Source: Owenia fusiformis (Eukaryota). From it: 64,000 nucleotides of DNA. The position numbers were made by a program, and so were the translations under genes. This document shows positions 50,585 through 62,760 of the stretch, piece after piece. Position 1 is the stretch's first letter, and every line of letters begins with the position of its first letter. The notes beneath the pieces are model-generated. The model was not told where the DNA came from. It ran no database searches and was given only the letters and a program-made list of their open reading frames with translations. Where the stretch lies: positions 15,500,001 through 15,564,000 of the forward strand of contig CAIIXF020000001.1 of the NCBI GenBank assembly GCA_903813345.2, in the 5' to 3' direction.

Positions 50585-52178
50585 TCTACAACCTATAAGA
50601 CCATATAGAAATCAGCTTAGACTAATCTGAACAGCACAGTTATCATGAAAGTTTTTCAGCAGACATGACCAGCCTACTTTTTATGTGGAAATCAAATTCA
50701 AGTTATTTAGATAATAATGGAAAAGTTAGAGATGCTGGTATCATACATATAGGTAATTCCTCTCCCAACTGATGGGATAATCATCAACATTGAAAAGTAG
50801 TTCACCTGCAGTAGCTGCATTGATGCTCATTCTTTTATCAAAAGATGTAATTTGTGTTGCTAGGTGCTTATTTGAGCTGGAGAGGCTAAATTATTATTCA
50901 TTAACGACTATAAGAGGTAGTTATTTAGGCATAATGGAACTCTACATTTTCAGCCTGCTTAATAGAATTGTTCTTGTGAAATTAGAAATCATTTAACCTG
51001 TCTGATCTGAACATAAAAATACATAGAGTTCACCTGCTTGAGTTCTATACCATAGAATTGCCTCTATTATTGCTAAGCTGGTGAATTTGTTTCAGTTTAA
51101 TTAAAGGTTCTGTGAAAAAGAATAACCACAGTTGTTGTTTTTTATTTTATTAATTAAAACATGTTTTTGAATAAAAAAGAGGAATTTTAATCAAACTTCA
51201 TAAAATATTTACTTTCATGGTCTTACAGCATTCAGATACCAAGATTTACTTTGTATTGTGTTGGTTGCTATAATCAGGATGCACATGGTAGATGCTAACT
51301 ATGGTTCATTGATTATTCTGGAAAGAGAACTGCAAATTATTTTATTGAAGTATAGTTATTTTACATGCAATGTTCGTCAAAGCTTAACAGTCTACCAGAG
51401 AGCTACTTGAGTTAACAATAACTGGGAACAGTTAGAACTGTAACGGGCATTTGAGACAAATGCAAAGTAAAGCCTTGGATAAAGGTAAAGTAAGAGTGAG
51501 ATTAATTTAAGAAGCTAGTAATATTATCTGAGATTGTTTCCTCTTGTGCCTAGGTGAGTAAATGTCAAAGGAGTTGATCAGTTCCAGGGTGTTATGGAAA
51601 AGATCTCACAAATACTTCCAGTTTTGTTGTATTTGTAGGATTTATTCAACTGCTGACTGTGGCTGATTGTTCTTAATTAGTAATGTTCTTTTGTCTTGTT
51701 TCATGAAAAATTCTCGTCTTTATATTTGGAATCAGAAATACATTTTGGGACAGAAGTGGCAAAATTCATGTTAATTTTTTCGTTACAAAAGTTAACATCA
51801 GAATTGTTTTTTTTTTTTTGACATACAAAAATTAGGTAAACAAAATATTTCAAAAACTCTCATGCCAATAAAATAATGTTTTATGACTTTGTACTTTCAG
51901 ATTGTGGCCAGAATTTATGCGGCACTAGATGACACACACATGATATACAGCCCACTTTAGAGAACAACAAAAGAACATTAGATCTGTGTACTGGTGTAAT
52001 AACTCAACTTGGTCTAATTTATGTCCAATATGAGAACTTTTAGCAAATTGGAAGTGTTGATCCTAGATCAGTAAGAGGACATAACTTTTACCATCGGAAC
52101 ATCATATTCATAAAAGCTCATAATACAGATTAGATATCAGACAGGATTGCTGATTAACAGTAAGGTCCCTTAAGGATA

Positions 52179-52676
52179 ATGGAAATGAATTACCTCCGGA
52201 ATGACAGCTCTGTGCATAAAAATGTTTATTTCCCAAAGGCCTATGGGGACAGGCCCATAGGTAGTAAACATGACACTGATGGATACACCGATTCGGACGA
52301 TCGACCAAGCGCAATTGGTATTGGAATAACATTTGCAGTGTTGGTCTCCCTTTTCCTCTTGTTCTTCCTGTTTCTGGACCTCAGGAAACCGTTTAACAGA
52401 ATAGCCGCCCGGTTCTGCCCAGGCTATGTTTCACGAAAGGACAGCTATCAGTCGGTTCATAGTTATCTCTCATTTGGAAGTGATTCTTTGAATGGAGATG
52501 TGCCAAGGAGACTTTCAACATTTCAAACCATTGAGCGACGTGTTTCAGAATTTGTCGGCATCAAAGAAGGGGATCGTCCTTCTAATAGACGCTACAGCAA
52601 AATAACAGATGATTCTTTGGTAGACTCAAAGATGCAAATGAAACAGGAAAAGCGACGCTTCAGTTGCAATGTATAA
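52179..52676 (+). CDS. Uncharacterised 165-aa single-pass membrane protein
   Basis: ATG-initiated ORF, more GC-rich than its flanks; one TM segment AIGIGITFAVLVSLFLLFFLFL followed by basic residues; plausible 5'UTR acceptor TTTCAG at 51895-51900. Confidence 0.75.
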   Translation: MEMNYLRNDSSVHKNVYFPKAYGDRPIGSKHDTDGYTDSDDRPSAIGIGITFAVLVSLFLLFFLFLDLRKPFNRIAARFCPGYVSRKDSYQSVHSYLSFGSDSLNGDVPRRLSTFQTIERRVSEFVGIKEGDRPSNRRYSKITDDSLVDSKMQMKQEKRRFSCNV

Positions 52677-52817
52677 AATTGAGATTGCAGTGTTACAAAC
52701 AGTTGTGCATTTGTATTTTTAGGTGGCTTCTTATAATTTGCAAATGCATATTAAAGATGACAGTATTTATTTTGAAAGTATATGTATAGACAAAATGCTT
52801 AGAATTATATCAGTGTA

Positions 52818-53662
52818 AGGGAACATGGGGCAAAGCGGCCCAAAAAATTTAATTTTAAGTTGTTCTGTACGGGGTATTTTCGTATCTGTCAATCATCGCG
52901 CACTTTGATGTTCCACTTTATTAATGGTTTGTGGTTTACATTTTTCGAGTGTTTTATACTTTCCTAGGACTATCTTCTGTGATTTTTCAATGGTCAAAAA
53001 TATTGTCGAGAGTGGGGCAAAACGGCCCATGGGTGGGGCAAAACGGCCCACCCTCTGTTACATGGGTTTTGAAACCAAAATTAATCAATTACAAGACTCG
53101 TCCACAAACATCTTATCTCAGACGTTCAAACCTTTGACAGATAAAGTATTCTTAACCCCTACCATAATTCTAGTCATTCGATATGTGTCGGAAGGAAATA
53201 AGGCACAAGCCAGATGTTAAAATTGTTACATTTGAAAACCAATTTTTCTTGCACAATAAGATTTTTGTATGTTATAACATGTGTGGGCCGTTTTGCCCCA
53301 AAGACATGTGAATTTTCAAATAGACGTCATTTTAATTTGCCTAATATTTGAAGCTCGAAATTTTTACAAATAAAGAATAAATGTGCACACTCTGTGTAAA
53401 ATGTTAAATCAAAACGATATTCTATTGTTGCCGGATTTTTTAGAGATTCTCGTGAGAGGGGTAATTTCAAAAAAAGAGGGTGAAAAGTAGAATTACCTCT
53501 TACGTAAAGCGAGACGCTGCTTGGTTAAAAATGGACGGTCGAGAAGGTGGCAGATATTTCAAAATTCGATTTTGTGACTTTTGAAGAACCATCTTTTTAT
53601 AGTTCAAAAGATATTTCGATGGGCCACTTTGCCCCAGAGGGCCGTTTTGCCCCATGTTCCCC
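52818..53662. mobile_element. TA-flanked MITE with GGGGCAAAACGGCCC subterminal repeats
   Basis: TA|AGGGAACATGGGGCAAAGCGGCCC ... GGGCCGTTTTGCCCCATGTTCCCC|TA. Confidence 0.88.
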
Positions 53663-54597
53663 TATGTATATATTTGAACATTCCATGTGACGTGAGATAA
53701 CAGCATGTATAGTAGTGGTAGCTTTAAATTATTGAAAATCACAGGACCAATTAATCAATATTAGAATTTCTTCCTCATAAACATTCATGCATCAGTGATT
53801 TGACGTTAATGCCTTGTGTATCCTACCAAACAACTTTCTGCAGTTTGAAGTACAATGACATTAGAGTAGAGGTGAAATTATAAAAAACATTTTGTATTGA
53901 TCTCTAATCTGTTTTGTCTCTGTACTTAACTGTTATGGATCTAATCTAGTTTCCTTCTTTTGTGTATTTTCTGCTCCCAGCCAAATGTCATTGCAATAAA
54001 TTAGTGGGGGTTGATCAATCCCAGTATTCTCAATGATATCATCAAAAATCCATGTTATGATTGGTTTAGAATTGTCACATGGTTGCTATGGGATATGTTG
54101 TTTTAATTAAAGGTGAGAGATCTGGAGAACTATTTATTCAATCTCATCTTAGTTGTTTACAGATCTGATTTATTATTTATTATAGATGTCCTATCTGAGC
54201 CATATCAGAAGCTGAAGCAGTTGATTGAACCATTAATTCTAGATTTCATTGAAGAATGATTATTAAATATTCATGTTATTTTAACAGTGTACATTGTATT
54301 AATTCAATGAGTCTCCAGTAATATTTGTCTGGAGGCTGCTTTAGAACTAATTACTCTGTGGCAGGGCTCTACGCTGGACTTGATCATAGAAATATATTAA
54401 ATATGAGTGGCCCTAGGAGTGGGTGATAATGTAAATGTTATACGGGATTTCATACAGCTCAAGTGGTGACATATTATTATAGTCTCCAAATCTATTGTGG
54501 ACAGTGTTTGGCGGTTGGTGTTCGGAGTTCTGTGTCTGTAACAAATATCAGTTGGTGACATTTTGTGTGTTGATGCCTTGTTTTTATTAAATAGCCT

Positions 54598-54848
54598 ATA
54601 TGACCCAGGCCACAGGAAAAGGGGTCTTATCTCAGATTTTTTTTGATTTTTTGTTTTTCTTAAAAAGCACAAAAAGACCTTTCAAATTAGCCATGGCTTG
54701 TGTCTTAATTTTTTCCTTGCATATATAGACCAAAAAGACGGATTTGAATTTAGTACATTTTCCTCTTAATCTTGGGCACATTTTTGACTCTGTAGCACAA
54801 TTTAAATTTTTGTGATAAGACCGGTTTTCCTATGGCAATGCTCATATA
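54598..54848. mobile_element. MITE with ATATGA...TCATAT ends
   Basis: ATATGACCCAGGCCACAGGAAAAGGGGTCTTATC / GATAAGACCGGTTTTCCTATGGCAATGCTCATAT. Confidence 0.65.
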
Positions 54849-55334
54849 TCTATATGTCTCTCAGATAGACAAAGTGATACAATCAACAGATTGTAAGTGT
54901 CCTGGTGTTATTTATGATCAAGACAGAAACTCATTAATGAGAACAAATTGAAAAATGACAAGCCTGCCTTGGGGAAACACATCTCACATCTCATACAGAG
55001 CACTAGAGCAGCGGTAATTTGATAACACAATAGAATCAATCAGAGGGGTACAGTGCATATGTAAGTTTATGACTGTGAAACGACCTCTAGGGGATATTGG
55101 TTAAATCTTATTGCTTAAAGTATGAAACGAGCTTTGGTGTTAAGTGAAAATTACAATTGAATTATTCAACCTGATCAAAAACAGGATGCAACACGATATT
55201 AAAAACAAAATCTGATGTTTTATGTTATTTTATTTGTTCAACAAGCTGGTGGATCATATACAACTGAGCACTGAAAACCCTTTACTTTTCATAATAATAT
55301 TAGATAGGCCATGTGATCAACATTAACATGAATG

Positions 55335-56440
55335 GGTGAAAGGCCAATATGGTTGACCCTTGACATATTGATGCAAAAGAGTTGGGCCATTGTGGTTCAC
55401 ATTACATGAATAAGGAAAGGCCACTATTCAGTAAGGCCAATATGGTTGACACTGACAAAATTGAGTAAGGCCAATATGGTTGACAATGACACAATATTGA
55501 GTAAGGCCAATAAGGTTTACACTGACACAATTGAGTAAGGCCAATATGGTTGAGACTGACACAATTGAGTAAGGCCAATAAGGTTTCCACTAACACAACT
55601 GAGTAAGGCCAATATGGTTGACACTGACACAAATGAGTAAGGCCAATATGGTTGACATTGACACAATATTAAGTAAGGCCAGTATGGTTGACACTGACAC
55701 AATTGAGTAAGGCCAATATGGTTGACACTGACACGATTAAGTAAGGCCAGTATGGTTGACGCTGACACAATATTGAGTAAGGCCAGTATGGTTGACGCTG
55801 ACACAATATTGAGTAAGGCCAGTATGGTTGACACACACAATTGAGTAAGGTCAAAATTGTTGACACTGACACAATTGAGTAAGGCCAATATGCTTGACAC
55901 TGACACAATTGAGTAAGGTACATATGGTTGAGACTGACACAATTGAGTAAGGCCAGTATGGTTGACACTGACACAATTGAGTAAGGCCAATATGGTTGAC
56001 ACTGACACAATTGAGGAAGGCCAGTATGGTTGACACTGACACAATTGAGTAAGGCCAATATGGTTGAGACTGACACAATTGAGTAAGGCCAATATGGTTG
56101 AGACTGACACAATTGAGTAAGGCCAATATGGTTGACACTGACACAATTGAGTAAGGCCAGTATGGTTGACGCTGACACAATATTGAGTAAGGCCAGTATG
56201 GTTGACACACACAATTGAGTAAGGCCAAAATAGTTGACACTGACACAATTGAGTAAGGCCAATATGGTTGACACTGACACAATTGAGTAAGGCCAGTATG
56301 GTTGACACTGACACAATATTGAGTATTAGGCCAATATGGTTGGCATTGACACAATTGAGTGAGGCCAATATGATTCACAGTGACACAGTGGAAACATTGA
56401 TATTAATGAGTTATGATGGCCAATATGGTTCACAACATGG
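55335..56440. repeat. 34-bp minisatellite GAGTAAGGCCAATATGGTTGACACTGACACAATT (~28 units; 31- and 36-bp variants)
   Basis: Regular units at 55430-56380; a degenerate terminal unit overlaps the MGAT4-like stop region. Confidence 0.97.
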
Positions 56441-57862
56441 CCTAGCAGAGTCAGGAACTAACTGAATTTTAAAAACAATTTCTCTGAGCACAACCATGAC
56501 GTCATGTTTAGTAATTACTCGAATCCGTACAGCTTTAATTTTCCCAATACGACTACCTAGAGAACCCTCAGCAATACCACGACTGTTAAATTGCCCAATT
56601 TGGAAATAATTGTCTTTTAAGGGCAACATTTTATTGATTGAGTTTGTCTTTTTATTGACTTGATTAAGATGTAATGGCAGTTGCACATCCACATAGGTAT
56701 CCTGTTTAAAAATGTCCCTAGGATATTTGTAATGTTCACACCGGAGGAAATATTCCTCAAAAATAACTGGTGTTTTGAATATAAATTCAATAAAGTCACC
56801 TTGTTGTGGGTGAAAGGCATGGAAATATCCAGCGTTTATGTAAGTTGCTTCTAAGGTATGATCCTTATAGGCTCTCATACTGGTCTTTATCACAGCTGGA
56901 GGATTGATATAAACAGGAACATTCATCCAAGGCCAATTTTCATTCGCTATTGGAAAGTTATGTTCGGTCTTTATTAGTTTACCATTCAATGTTTCAATTG
57001 GGTTGAATAAGGCGGGATAGTGTGAGATTGAAGAAAATCCCAGTTCCTGTAAACAATGAGACCCCAAGGGAGTCTCTGATAGGCAACGGGGATGTCGTTT
57101 GTCGGTATAGTGCTGTAAAAGTCCCTCTAGTGAAGCAACGAGCACAGTGGGAGTTGAAACAAGATTTTTTATGATTGATGACAAGTCGTGAGTCTTATAA
57201 AGGTTACCAATTAGACCAACACTTGAGAATTTCAGATTGATCCACAAATTGGTATTGACCTCAAAAATAAACTTTGATATGTTTCCTATAAAGTTTCGGG
57301 ATGCCAGTACATTATCACTGAGTTTTAGATAATATTTTCCTCTGGTATGTGCAAATGTCATCATTATTATCTCTTGAAGGATATCTCTCGATTTATGCTT
57401 AATATCTCCTGTAAGCTGAATCCCATTGATGATATTCTGCATCAGCTTAATTTCTAGGAGTCCGGATTTTATTGGATCTTCAAAGGTCATTACAAGATCA
57501 TCATGTAAAGTTTTAACAAATTTAGCTTGCCCATCTATTACAACAATTATGATAACTTCAGCTTGTTCCTCTGCAGACAATCCTTCAATTAGTGAACTGA
57601 GAGTTTTCCTAATGGATTCATCTCCATGTTGCTGGCTGACGGATATTCCTATGACGTATGTTGCCTCTGATTTTCCTGTATTTTCACTAGCAGGGTTTAA
57701 GTTATGGGCTAAAGAGTCCATCAATTGCTCTGCCTCTTGTGTACCACTGTAGGCAGGTGAACATTCATTGTCTGATAACATCAATCGTAATCTCATCCAC
57801 AGAAGGTGCATCATGGACGCTATGAGAATGATCTTCCACCATTTCACATACATTGCTTTCAT
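56411..57862 (-). CDS. MGAT4/GnT-IV family (GT54) protein with C-terminal lectin-like domain, intronless CDS, ~483 aa
   Basis: First ATG at 57862 (the track ORF starts at TTG 57877). Type II TM WWKIILIASMMHLLW; VIGI...TLSSLI.GLS.EE..VIIIV; GKYY; W..LKFSSVGLIG.LYK..DL; NPPA.IKTS..AY..HTLE..Y...P..GD.I.F.F..P. Confidence 0.88.
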   Translation of the reverse strand: MKAMYVKWWKIILIASMMHLLWMRLRLMLSDNECSPAYSGTQEAEQLMDSLAHNLNPASENTGKSEATYVIGISVSQQHGDESIRKTLSSLIEGLSAEEQAEVIIIVVIDGQAKFVKTLHDDLVMTFEDPIKSGLLEIKLMQNIINGIQLTGDIKHKSRDILQEIIMMTFAHTRGKYYLKLSDNVLASRNFIGNISKFIFEVNTNLWINLKFSSVGLIGNLYKTHDLSSIIKNLVSTPTVLVASLEGLLQHYTDKRHPRCLSETPLGSHCLQELGFSSISHYPALFNPIETLNGKLIKTEHNFPIANENWPWMNVPVYINPPAVIKTSMRAYKDHTLEATYINAGYFHAFHPQQGDFIEFIFKTPVIFEEYFLRCEHYKYPRDIFKQDTYVDVQLPLHLNQVNKKTNSINKMLPLKDNYFQIGQFNSRGIAEGSLGSRIGKIKAVRIRVITKHDVMVVLREIVFKIQLVPDSARPCCEPYWPS

Positions 57863-60800
57863 TTTTATTTCATTCAAGGCTGGTATGAATTGGACCCGTT
57901 AACACATATAAACATAGATTTCATATACATTGTAATACTATCTCATTTAGATGTTTTAAATTAATGAATAGGGTGTAATTTAACAACAGGTATCTTGCCT
58001 CTGGCATTTCATTAATGTTTATACTTATTCCATATACATGGTGATGTTAATTTTATTTTTAATTTTGATTTTGATTGGTATGAGATCTAAAGGGGAATTA
58101 AGTGAGGCAGCAAAAATGGAAACGGGATTTTATTTAACAAAGACTAATTTTAAAAATGGACAAATAGTTCTGTGATTAACATGATCACTATTTGAAAAGG
58201 TTACCTTTCTCTATGTATTTATAAACTGATCAAATTGTGTCAAAAAAATAAATTAAATTTGGCAGTTAAGCTAATAAGATTACTTGCATCTTTAACAATA
58301 CTAAATAACAGAATAATAAACACTGATAATCTGCAGATGAATTGTCCTACAAAAGCTATTATATTACCAGTTCAACACTCAACAAAAACAAGATAAATTA
58401 GATAGTGTCATCCACCACTGACTTCGCCTGTAAACAATACCATTTATAACCTGAGGATATTGCACAGAATAAATAATTCATGTCTAAAAACTTCTTGTAG
58501 TAATTAATCGTTTTGTGGTAGTTCCAGTATTCTGCTTGTGACATGTTCATGCTGTGCAACTCTGCCCTTTTATGTCATCTTGTTAACACAGCTAATGAAG
58601 ATGGATAGTTCTAAAGCTAGAATGTTTTTATTGCAAGAAAGCAATACTTTCATATTGGTACAACAAAACTCTGCACATGGCAGTAATGACAATTTTCATA
58701 TCAATGGTTTCCTGGCATCATTTTACGCAGAGATGCAATTGGATTTTATTCTTGAAAATCATCTATAGACTTTTTTAGCATTACTTTTCTATGTAGTATT
58801 TTTATATTTCCAAAAGAAATTCTGTTATCATTTCTAACAAAATTAAGTTTTCTATAAAAAAAACATCATTTTCAAGATTTTTGGAAAACTACAACTTATG
58901 AAGCGTAAAATATAAAAGTGTCTTTCATTTTCAATAATCTGAAATTTATGATTCTCTATCAGGCTTAGCCATGATGAAAGATATGTACAAAATAAATGCA
59001 TTCAAATCCCTTGAGTAAAATGATAAATGACCTTCTCTAATCTTTCAAGACTTTTATTGTTTCTTCATAATTCTGTAAAATCCCTCTTAAGAAAAACACA
59101 AGATAATATACATGTTTATTATGATTTACTTCTACCTTTATTACATTACAGACAATATGAAAGATCCCGGCAAATTTCATTTATGTAGCGATTGCTCTGT
59201 CAATGACCAGCTCAATTCATTAATGTTAAAACAATTTTTTCATCCTACCAAGGAATTAGTGTTCAATTGTCAACAATTGTGAAAGCGCAAGGTTAATTTC
59301 ATGAAGGTGTTACTTATGTTATGCTTGGAAAAAAATCATTCAAATCATTGATGGCAAATCAATCTTTTGAAATTATGTTATTAATACAAGAATGGCATCC
59401 AAAATGTGATTGTTTTTCCACTAAATGTTAACATTTGAACACCAACCCTAATAGTCCTACAGTAATATTCCCAGTGAGGGCAAGTGTATGTACACTGTTA
59501 TTCACAACAGTTCCTGGATTAATTTATTGGGCATTAACCAAGATTTACTCAGTTCATTTACAAGTTTCACTAATCAATGAAGCCAAATGGAAAACACTAA
59601 TAGCAGAAATAAATAGCTCGGAGTGATGGCCAGATAACGCAACTGGATTTAAATCAAAAGTGGTATCTTATACCAGGTATTTACAATTCAGCAACTATCG
59701 TGTTGTTTCCCATACCATCTCAATATACAGGGTGTCTACTAAATAAGCACTTTCCCTTCAAAGTCATTCATGCGAATGTCTGTACTTTGTTACTTTAAGA
59801 GAGGATTTCAGTCCCCATTGAATACAATAGCCCTATCCTCATATTTCATTGGTCTTTGATTGACATAAATTTCTTCATTTTATCATCCCTGATTGGTCAA
59901 AAAGTATACGGTATACATGTACGATCATGTGGCTAAGAATCGGAATTGGCAAATCAAAATTATGTAAATATGCTTCCCTGTTTACTTTGGCTACCTAGAA
60001 CTTTTAGCTAAAGCTCTTTGTTATTGAAATTATCCATTTCAATGTATTTTAAGATCTTTACAATAATCAGTATATATGACTTAAGGGTTTGGGGAGCCTA
60101 CATAGTGAAGAACCTGTATATTGAAATCTCACTCTCCATTGTCTCTCAACTACTGTAAATTCTTATCTCATACTTTAATTTGCTATAATTTATTTCTTAA
60201 TACATATCTGATGATACAATATCTCATCTTGAATAATATGTTTACCATATCATGAAAAAGGGGGTCTTAGTTTTATATCTTATTTTGAAGCTCCCAAGCA
60301 TTTTTGCAATTCAGTAATTTACCTCAGTTTCTCAAGGGTGGCAGTGTTTTGAAGATTTCTTTATTTAGCACCTTTCCCACAAACATTCAACCAATGTTTG
60401 CTCCTTTGCCACATTTTAAAGTAGTTTCCTCATATTTCAACTCATTCAGTAAGAAATTCAATAATGGTGGATTATACATTGTTGCACTTAAATCCAAATA
60501 TTGTTCAGGATGTAATGAAAATGTGCATTCATTTTGAATGCATTTGTCAGAATAACTGAACCTAGTCAATCAATGTTTGGCTTCATGCTATCACTTACTG
60601 TAAATTGCTTTAATTTGGCGCAACTTTTGGCGGCTGGGAAAAATTTTGAAATTTTGGCTGCTATTTAATTTGGCGAATTGATCATTAAATCAATTGTATT
60701 ACTCACTTCACAGCTCGCCACCAATAACACAATTTTATCTTTTCTGCCATCGGATTGTTTTATCTAAACAAGCAGGGACTCTATAGATCTTCGAAAATAG

Positions 60801-62097
60801 TTTGTGCAAGGTAACATATGGAAAAGACGAAAATATTACCGGGCATTTTCAAAAATTGGCGGAGAGTTAATTTGGCTGTTTTATCAATCTGTCAAGTTAA
60901 AGCAATTTACAGTAGTTGAAACAGAAATAATTCTATTATTTGAAACATTTATTTTCCAACAATCAGAGATGAGACGAAGAAATTTCTGCTTATGAGCCTA
61001 ATAACAGATCATTCTGAACCATTACATTAGTGCATTAACATGTGTTAGTGCACGTTAACATAATAACCTGTTATTGTAGGTTACTTTATAATCCAATACC
61101 AACATACATGTAGACAGTCATGAGTTCATTTGAGATCAACTTTCATACTATTCCAGATTAAAATTATTCAGTCTACTTTACTGAATATTAATGTACATTA
61201 AAAATGTTACAAATATGTGATGAGTTCAATACAATAATATTCCTTTAACTGTGAAAAGGGTGACATCTATTTTGCTAATGTGTACTTTTGAGTACTTTAA
61301 TAGGAACTTAGTATGACATAAATAATTAAACTACATGTAATTTAACCTCATATGGTCTTCAACTGTATCACCCTCCATTCTCTCTGCAATCTGAGAGAAC
61401 AAAGGATGGGTAAGATGAAATTCAGACTTTACAGGACACACATCTAATTAAATTCATAGAACAGTTAATCACTATGGTAACGCAAGCCACCTACGTGTCT
61501 GTGTTAGCACAGTCTAAAGTCAAGGTTACATCATTCAATGAAGAAAAGCTTTTCACTACTTGCTTCGTAGGGAGTGGGCATTATTCAAGATTTATTTTCA
61601 GTATCACTCACTAATATATAGTGATACAGTCATGCAACATAGATGAACATATATTCAACTTAATAACTAATACTATATCATGTTGTACCAGTACTTTAAT
61701 AGCAAAGCTGTGCTGCAAATAAAATCTACATCAACCTTACATAAATGATTGGTACAATAAGCTCAGAAGCAAATAGAAGGCATATGGAAGGCATATAAAT
61801 ATTTAAGGTAGACAACTGGTCAAAATAACAATTGCAAAGATGCTTCCAATGTGGAGTGAAAACTGTTTTCATTGTCGATAACTCTGCTTATAAGTCATTA
61901 TTCAGGGAAGGATGTCACATTCAAAAGCAAAGTCAACATATAGAGTATAAATCAACTTATCCCCTCTTTTTCCCTTTATCATTTACAGGATGAGGATGGG
62001 GGGATATATATGCCTCCTATCGTTCTATGAGACATCACACATGTCAATGGTAAAATATCATACTTCTGCATAATGTTGATACAGAATCAGATACTAA

Positions 62098-62512
62098 GGG
62101 GAGGCATCAAAAGTTCAATGTCTGATAGGAAACTAAATAAATCTAGTTTTGAGTTGGACCCCCCCCCCCTCCCCCTCAAAACTAAATACAATGAAAGTTG
62201 ATCGCGGACTTTTCACATGTTTTAGCGACTCAATTTGGACTTTCATGGGGGCAGTACTATAACTTATTTATGATTCTTAAAACATGTGCCAACAACAATA
62301 GGCATATTATTCCATGTTGCATGCATCTTGGTGAAGAAGGCATCTGGTAAAGTCTTTATTTTTAAACCATTCCAAGGCATTTTGAGTCGAAATTGCAAAA
62401 AAATTAAATGTTGAAATTTGTCGGATAGCAAACTGAAATAGCTTTGACCCCCTCCCCCCCAAACTAGATTTATTTAGTTTTCTATCAGACATTGATCTTT
62501 TGATGCCTCCCC
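62098..62512. mobile_element. PIF/Harbinger-like MITE
   Basis: TAA|GGGGAGGCATCAAAAG...CTTTTGATGCCTCCCC|TAA; ~50-bp TIRs, 3-bp TAA TSD. Confidence 0.9.
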
Positions 62513-62760
62513 TAAAACTACACAATAATAATTGATACGGTCAAATATTGAAATTATCTTGACCAGCTGTATGGCTTAAGCTTTAACTTAATCTTCATAT
62601 TTTCGAGTCCATTGTGAAAGATTATCTAAGTGTAAATCAATAAATGTCTCATGACTGGATATAAAAATAATTTTAATTATCCCATTCTACTGTTTATAAA
62701 ACATTGCTTTTGAATTTTTTATTTAAAAGCAGTTGCCTTAACAATTCAATGACTAATAAC

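Noticed and set aside
52662-52676. CaaX or class I PDZ motif in the ...SCNV terminus
   Set aside because: The Cys and Ser positions fit neither consensus.
55402-56378. Long Cys-rich ORFs (up to 283 aa)
   Set aside because: Translations of the 34-bp minisatellite in all three minus frames; no independent coding signal.
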